The notes beneath the pieces are model-generated. The model searched no databases and was not told the DNA's origin. It was given only the letters and a program-made list of their open reading frames with translations. Shown here in pieces: positions 60,175 to 64,000 of a stretch of 64,000 nt of DNA. This DNA comes from a virus (taxonomy: Duplodnaviria; Caudoviricetes), in IMG/VR virus record IMGVR_UViG_3300028048_001169, positions 128,001 through 192,000 of that record; one strand, 5' to 3'. Made by a program: the position numbers and the translations under genes. Position 1 is the first letter of the stretch; each line of letters starts with the position of its first letter.

Positions 60175-60876
60175 ATGCAGCCAATCCTGACAGGTAACAT
60201 CATCTTTACAGATGATAAACTATTTGTTATGGATATGATTCATCAGATGGCTCCAGTTGTAATCCTAAATCTCGATGAATTTGATCGAGAGATTCAAGGT
60301 CAGAACGTAGCTCAGGGGCAGGTATTGCTACCTCCTCCTGAGGCTTGTATGGCTGAAGCGGACGGTGATGCCCAATTATATGACATGATACTTGATAATT
60401 ATTATGGTACCGAAGATATTATCATGTTTGTCAAAGGTATTATCACAAACCTACATCATGGAAGAACAATCTATCTATACTATCCAGATCTAAATCCTAA
60501 TGAATCTGCTACGATTCCGAAGTTAGAAGAATTATGGATGAGAAAGTTTGGTATTCGTATTGGTATGCAACCTAAAATACCAAATGGTATAGATATACAC
60601 TTTGGAACTCCAAATGTTTTTCCAATGGATTGCGCTTGTGATAATAACTATCGTCATATATGGCTGAACCTGATGCTAGGAGTATCAATGGATGCATATG
60701 AATTTCTGACATTATATCCTGCAGAAATGCAAATTGGTAATCTTCAAATGAGAATTCTATTTGATGAATTATGGCCACCATTTGATGATTATAACAAGAA
60801 TGTAGAATTCATTTATGATTTAAGCAAGAAGCTTAAGAAGAAACCTGAAACAAAGATCGCTTTGCATAAGCTATAG
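60175..60876 (+). CDS. Hypothetical protein
   Basis: 233-aa ORF in the operon. Confidence 0.7.
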   Translation: MQPILTGNIIFTDDKLFVMDMIHQMAPVVILNLDEFDREIQGQNVAQGQVLLPPPEACMAEADGDAQLYDMILDNYYGTEDIIMFVKGIITNLHHGRTIYLYYPDLNPNESATIPKLEELWMRKFGIRIGMQPKIPNGIDIHFGTPNVFPMDCACDNNYRHIWLNLMLGVSMDAYEFLTLYPAEMQIGNLQMRILFDELWPPFDDYNKNVEFIYDLSKKLKKKPETKIALHKL

Positions 60877-60886
60877 GAGAAAGCAT

Positions 60887-61381
60887 ATGTTATTATATGG
60901 AACAGCTATAGCTGCAAATCTTGTAGTTGATAGTAACAAGGTGATGGTTTATAATCTAACCTCTATGTCAGAAGCGTATTCTAGATCGAATCTGAATATT
61001 ATTCCACCGAATAATTTAGGATCTCAGTCAGAGTATGAATTTGATGTAAAGTATATGAATTGGATCTTTCAAAATGATTCGATATTTGTAGAGTTTATGA
61101 AGATTATTGATAGCTTGTATAAAGGAGTAGACGTATTCCTGGTTATGAGTAATAATGATTGGTCAGAAACTTTAGTTGAATCATTATTGAAATTGATCCA
61201 GCAACGCTATGGTGTCAATGCAACCCATATCGAAACAATGGAAGATTTATTCTATGCAGAAGAATCTAACTTTGCTGAAGGATATGGAATAGCAAATCTT
61301 GATATGGATATGGATCGTTATACATATCTCACAAATCAAGATATTGCTTCAAAAGATATTAATTCAGGGGTGGTTTCATAA
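60887..61381 (+). CDS. Hypothetical protein
   Basis: 164-aa ORF in the operon. Confidence 0.7.
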   Translation: MLLYGTAIAANLVVDSNKVMVYNLTSMSEAYSRSNLNIIPPNNLGSQSEYEFDVKYMNWIFQNDSIFVEFMKIIDSLYKGVDVFLVMSNNDWSETLVESLLKLIQQRYGVNATHIETMEDLFYAEESNFAEGYGIANLDMDMDRYTYLTNQDIASKDINSGVVS

Positions 61382-61453
61382 ACCACTCCTTTATTTTTAA
61401 TTCTACAATCAAATTTACATTATAATACTAAAAAGAAATGAGGAATTGGTATT

Positions 61454-62251
61454 ATGAGTATAAAACAATTAGCTCACAAGCATAATTATTTATCACCAGA
61501 TGTAAATTGTATCTTTGATTATAAGATTTGGGAATATGATATACGTCAAGCAAATATCAATGCATTGAAATCTATGGGTAGGATCGATGATACTACTTAT
61601 AACTTACTTCAAACATCACCAAAGCAATTACGAGAAGTTCGTATTGGTAAGATGATACAACGAGATCGATCATTACAAACATCAATCTATGATGGAATAG
61701 AGAAAGCAAAATTAGAATTCTTAACACAGAATAATATTAATGAAAGTCAGGTATTAAGAATAGCGAATGATAGTATCTATGTTATAGCACCATTACCTCA
61801 GAAAATAACTAAAATTAATATTAATGGTCATGTATTAGAATTTGTATTGAAGAATGTATTTGGTTCTTATATTAAAATTAATAAGAATATCCAAATATTT
61901 ATATCAACTGATTCTGATAATTGGACTATTGATATAAAAGGTATCAATGATTCTAAATTACCATTGCATGAATCATTCTTAGGATTCTTATGTCAATTGA
62001 TTGATTACTATAATAATGCTGGTAGAGAATTAGCAATCCAAATGCTATCAGAATTCTTTCAGAATTATGTCAATCGTAGATTGCCCATTGTATATTATAG
62101 AGAATTAAATTCAGAATCTGGATTTAGAATCAATGGTCCATATGAAACTTTTATTCTCTCAGATCCAAATTGTATTCCGATAGATATCGTTGATATTTCT
62201 TGGAATTTATATATCTTGAGAAATATTTATTCATACCTGATGACAAAATAG
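61454..62251 (+). CDS. Small family-B-polymerase-palm-like protein
   Basis: Motif-A-like WEYDIRQANINAL and motif-C-like RIANDSIYV, DIKG; no exonuclease domain. Confidence 0.5.
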   Translation: MSIKQLAHKHNYLSPDVNCIFDYKIWEYDIRQANINALKSMGRIDDTTYNLLQTSPKQLREVRIGKMIQRDRSLQTSIYDGIEKAKLEFLTQNNINESQVLRIANDSIYVIAPLPQKITKININGHVLEFVLKNVFGSYIKINKNIQIFISTDSDNWTIDIKGINDSKLPLHESFLGFLCQLIDYYNNAGRELAIQMLSEFFQNYVNRRLPIVYYRELNSESGFRINGPYETFILSDPNCIPIDIVDISWNLYILRNIYSYLMTK

Positions 62252-62290
62252 ATAGGGCTCTAGGAATTTAATCCTAGAACCTTTTCTTTT

Positions 62291-62764
62291 TTATATTAAA
62301 CTATTATATTGTGCTGAGAAATTAATCATAAAGATATTGACATGAAGACGAATTAGATTTGAAAGATCATCAGAAGTCTCAATGATATGAACCAACTTGA
62401 TAGTCTCTAACATTTCGTCTGTCATTTGTTTCATCGTCATTGCATAGAGATAATCACACATTCTCTTCTTATCATCTGGAGTTAAAAAGTTATTCTCATT
62501 TTTTACTAGCTCTAGCACTGTATAGATATTAGCAGCATCTGCAATACAATCATCGATTAATTTATTAATACGATTGATGGTTTCTGGCTCTGCTAAAAAT
62601 CGCATTGTTTCAATTGATACAGTATTTTCTTTTTTATTTTTTGAATGATTAATTCGTCTAATATATGTTTCCATTTCTTTAAATCGAAATTCGACATAGG
62701 CTACAAATAATAATACAACTGCAATCAAAATAACTAAAGCAATATTATATACATTCATATTCAT
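62291..62764 (-). CDS. Membrane-anchored hypothetical protein
   Basis: N-terminal TM segment. Confidence 0.65.
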   Translation of the reverse strand: MNMNVYNIALVILIAVVLLFVAYVEFRFKEMETYIRRINHSKNKKENTVSIETMRFLAEPETINRINKLIDDCIADAANIYTVLELVKNENNFLTPDDKKRMCDYLYAMTMKQMTDEMLETIKLVHIIETSDDLSNLIRLHVNIFMINFSAQYNSLI

Positions 62765-62779
62765 AATATATCTTCTCCT

Positions 62780-63541
62780 TTAATATGGTAATTGTGCTGG
62801 TGACATTGGCTGGAAATCGTACTCCGATACTGGAGCGCCGTATTCATTATAATAAGCAAAATTTAGAATTTGCTCTTGTGGTAAAATCTGAATTGTCGTA
62901 GGCATTTCATTCTGATACTTCTCAATATAACGATTAATTTTATTCGCTATATCATAAGTAATACCATAACGATAATTTGATAATAGCTCCCACCATTTAC
63001 CAAATGTCATATTTGGTGGTATATATGCATCTGGATTATTTGTAAACATTTCATGTGCTGTAGTGGATAAGAAACAACATGGTATACGGTTAGCAAAATG
63101 CTCATTGATTAATAATTGAATCAAATCAAAGGTACTAATATAGCCAATCGTATTCAATACATGCTCACAAATCAAAATACAATCATCTTTTAGATTTAAA
63201 ATATTATGATGCAATTCAACATCCACTTTTCCATTCTTTTCATAAGATGCTTCAATATTACCCATAATCATACAATGATCAAATCCTAATTCCATTAAGT
63301 AAGATTTATACAATTTATACTCTTTACTAGCACGAAATCGTCGTTCTACATTTCGTATAAAATTATTATAAACCTCTGGATCAGATAATGTATCTTTTGT
63401 TTGATAGAAAGATATATCGATTGTTGAATTTGGTACTCGTATAGTAGGATTCTTTTCTCCTAGAGTAATAATATCACCACTAATATTTGTCTCCATTTCT
63501 TCTAATTCCTCTATCGGAATTAGAGCTCGTTTTATTTCCAT
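62780..63541 (-). CDS. HNH-like protein
   Basis: HCMIMGN...VELHH...FLSTTAHE; start MEIKR after GGAGG. Confidence 0.45.
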   Translation of the reverse strand: MEIKRALIPIEELEEMETNISGDIITLGEKNPTIRVPNSTIDISFYQTKDTLSDPEVYNNFIRNVERRFRASKEYKLYKSYLMELGFDHCMIMGNIEASYEKNGKVDVELHHNILNLKDDCILICEHVLNTIGYISTFDLIQLLINEHFANRIPCCFLSTTAHEMFTNNPDAYIPPNMTFGKWWELLSNYRYGITYDIANKINRYIEKYQNEMPTTIQILPQEQILNFAYYNEYGAPVSEYDFQPMSPAQLPY

Positions 63542-63630
63542 TATAAAACCTCCTTTTATCTTAGAGTTAAGCGTATAAAAATCAATCTTCTTCACATATT
63601 AATAAATTTACGAAGGAGGTGAGAACATAG

Positions 63631-64000
63631 ATGGCTTATACGGTAAATGGTAAAGTGTATACCGATCATGCTTTGATGGATGAAATCGTATATAATTGTA
63701 AAATTATATTAGATGGAATCGTATTAAAGAATTCGAAATTAGCGAATTATTATGAAACAGATAAATCATTTAAGATGTCTGATCTTTTCATTGAGTGTAC
63801 AAATGATTCTGTACGCCCTAGCTTTTTTCCGAAGGATATGCAATGGCAATATTACATTGATTTCGGTTATACACAAGACCAAGCAAGCTTCTATTGTGAT
63901 AATCCCGAGAAAATACCAGCAGATGAATATGATAGAATATTAGCATATTTTAAACAGAGATTCTTAAGTGAATACGAAGAAGAAAATGATTACTATCGTA
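63631..64000 (+). CDS. Large protein, probably virion structural; 3'-truncated and not in the ORF track
   Basis: Late promoter at 63593, AGGAGG RBS; MAYTVNGKVYTD...YEEENDYYR open to the window end. Confidence 0.75.
   Translation, partial: MAYTVNGKVYTDHALMDEIVYNCKIILDGIVLKNSKLANYYETDKSFKMSDLFIECTNDSVRPSFFPKDMQWQYYIDFGYTQDQASFYCDNPEKIPADEYDRILAYFKQRFLSEYEEENDYYR

Noticed and set aside
294-63943. Short antisense or out-of-frame ORFs in the track (e.g. 665..1090, 9553..9792, 56655..57041, 63752..63943)
   Set aside because: They lie inside longer well-supported genes, lack RBSs and look like shadow frames.
1-64000. Stop-codon reassignment (TAG read-through)
   Set aside because: Core genes are full length in the standard code, and several genes end in TAG directly before the next RBS.
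1-64000. tRNA or rRNA genes, IS elements, integrase
   Set aside because: No cloverleaf, rRNA-like or transposase/integrase motifs were recognised by eye; a tRNAscan run would be needed to exclude tRNAs fully.

Overview
AT-rich 64-kb segment of a jumbo phage of the AR9/PBS1-like type (phiKZ-related multi-subunit RNA polymerases). The host is probably a Firmicute, judged from strong AGGAGG RBSs, GH73/CHAP/lysozyme peptidoglycan hydrolases and Clostridia-type accessory genes. The window encodes parts of two RNAPs. The putative non-virion set is a beta'-N whose catalytic ADFDG|D motif is split by a 322-nt group I intron, plus a beta'-C. The putative virion set is a beta'-N with DYDGD and an unsplit 1696-aa beta. 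Replication genes include DnaB, a UvsW-like SF2 helicase, SbcD, a PD-(D/E)xK exonuclease, RNase HI and a small PolB-palm-like protein. There are also virion/tail genes, PIN-PhoH, two papain-like peptidases, a kinase-like protein and many small accessory ORFs. Two promoter classes are readable: early AATCATATATTATA and late NAC(A/T)-N6-TA. The least explained elements are: (i) a 7-unit, ~140-bp array of long imperfect palindromes with shuffled half-sites, between a late ORF and a BRO-N gene; (ii) a ThyX-like protein apparently lacking its catalytic core; (iii) a 55-bp piece of a tail gene copied in-frame into an unrelated gene 47 kb away; (iv) small-gene cassettes bounded by direct repeats; (v) promoter-and-terminator-bounded ORF-less transcripts. 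All family assignments come from motif recognition by eye; no database search was run.
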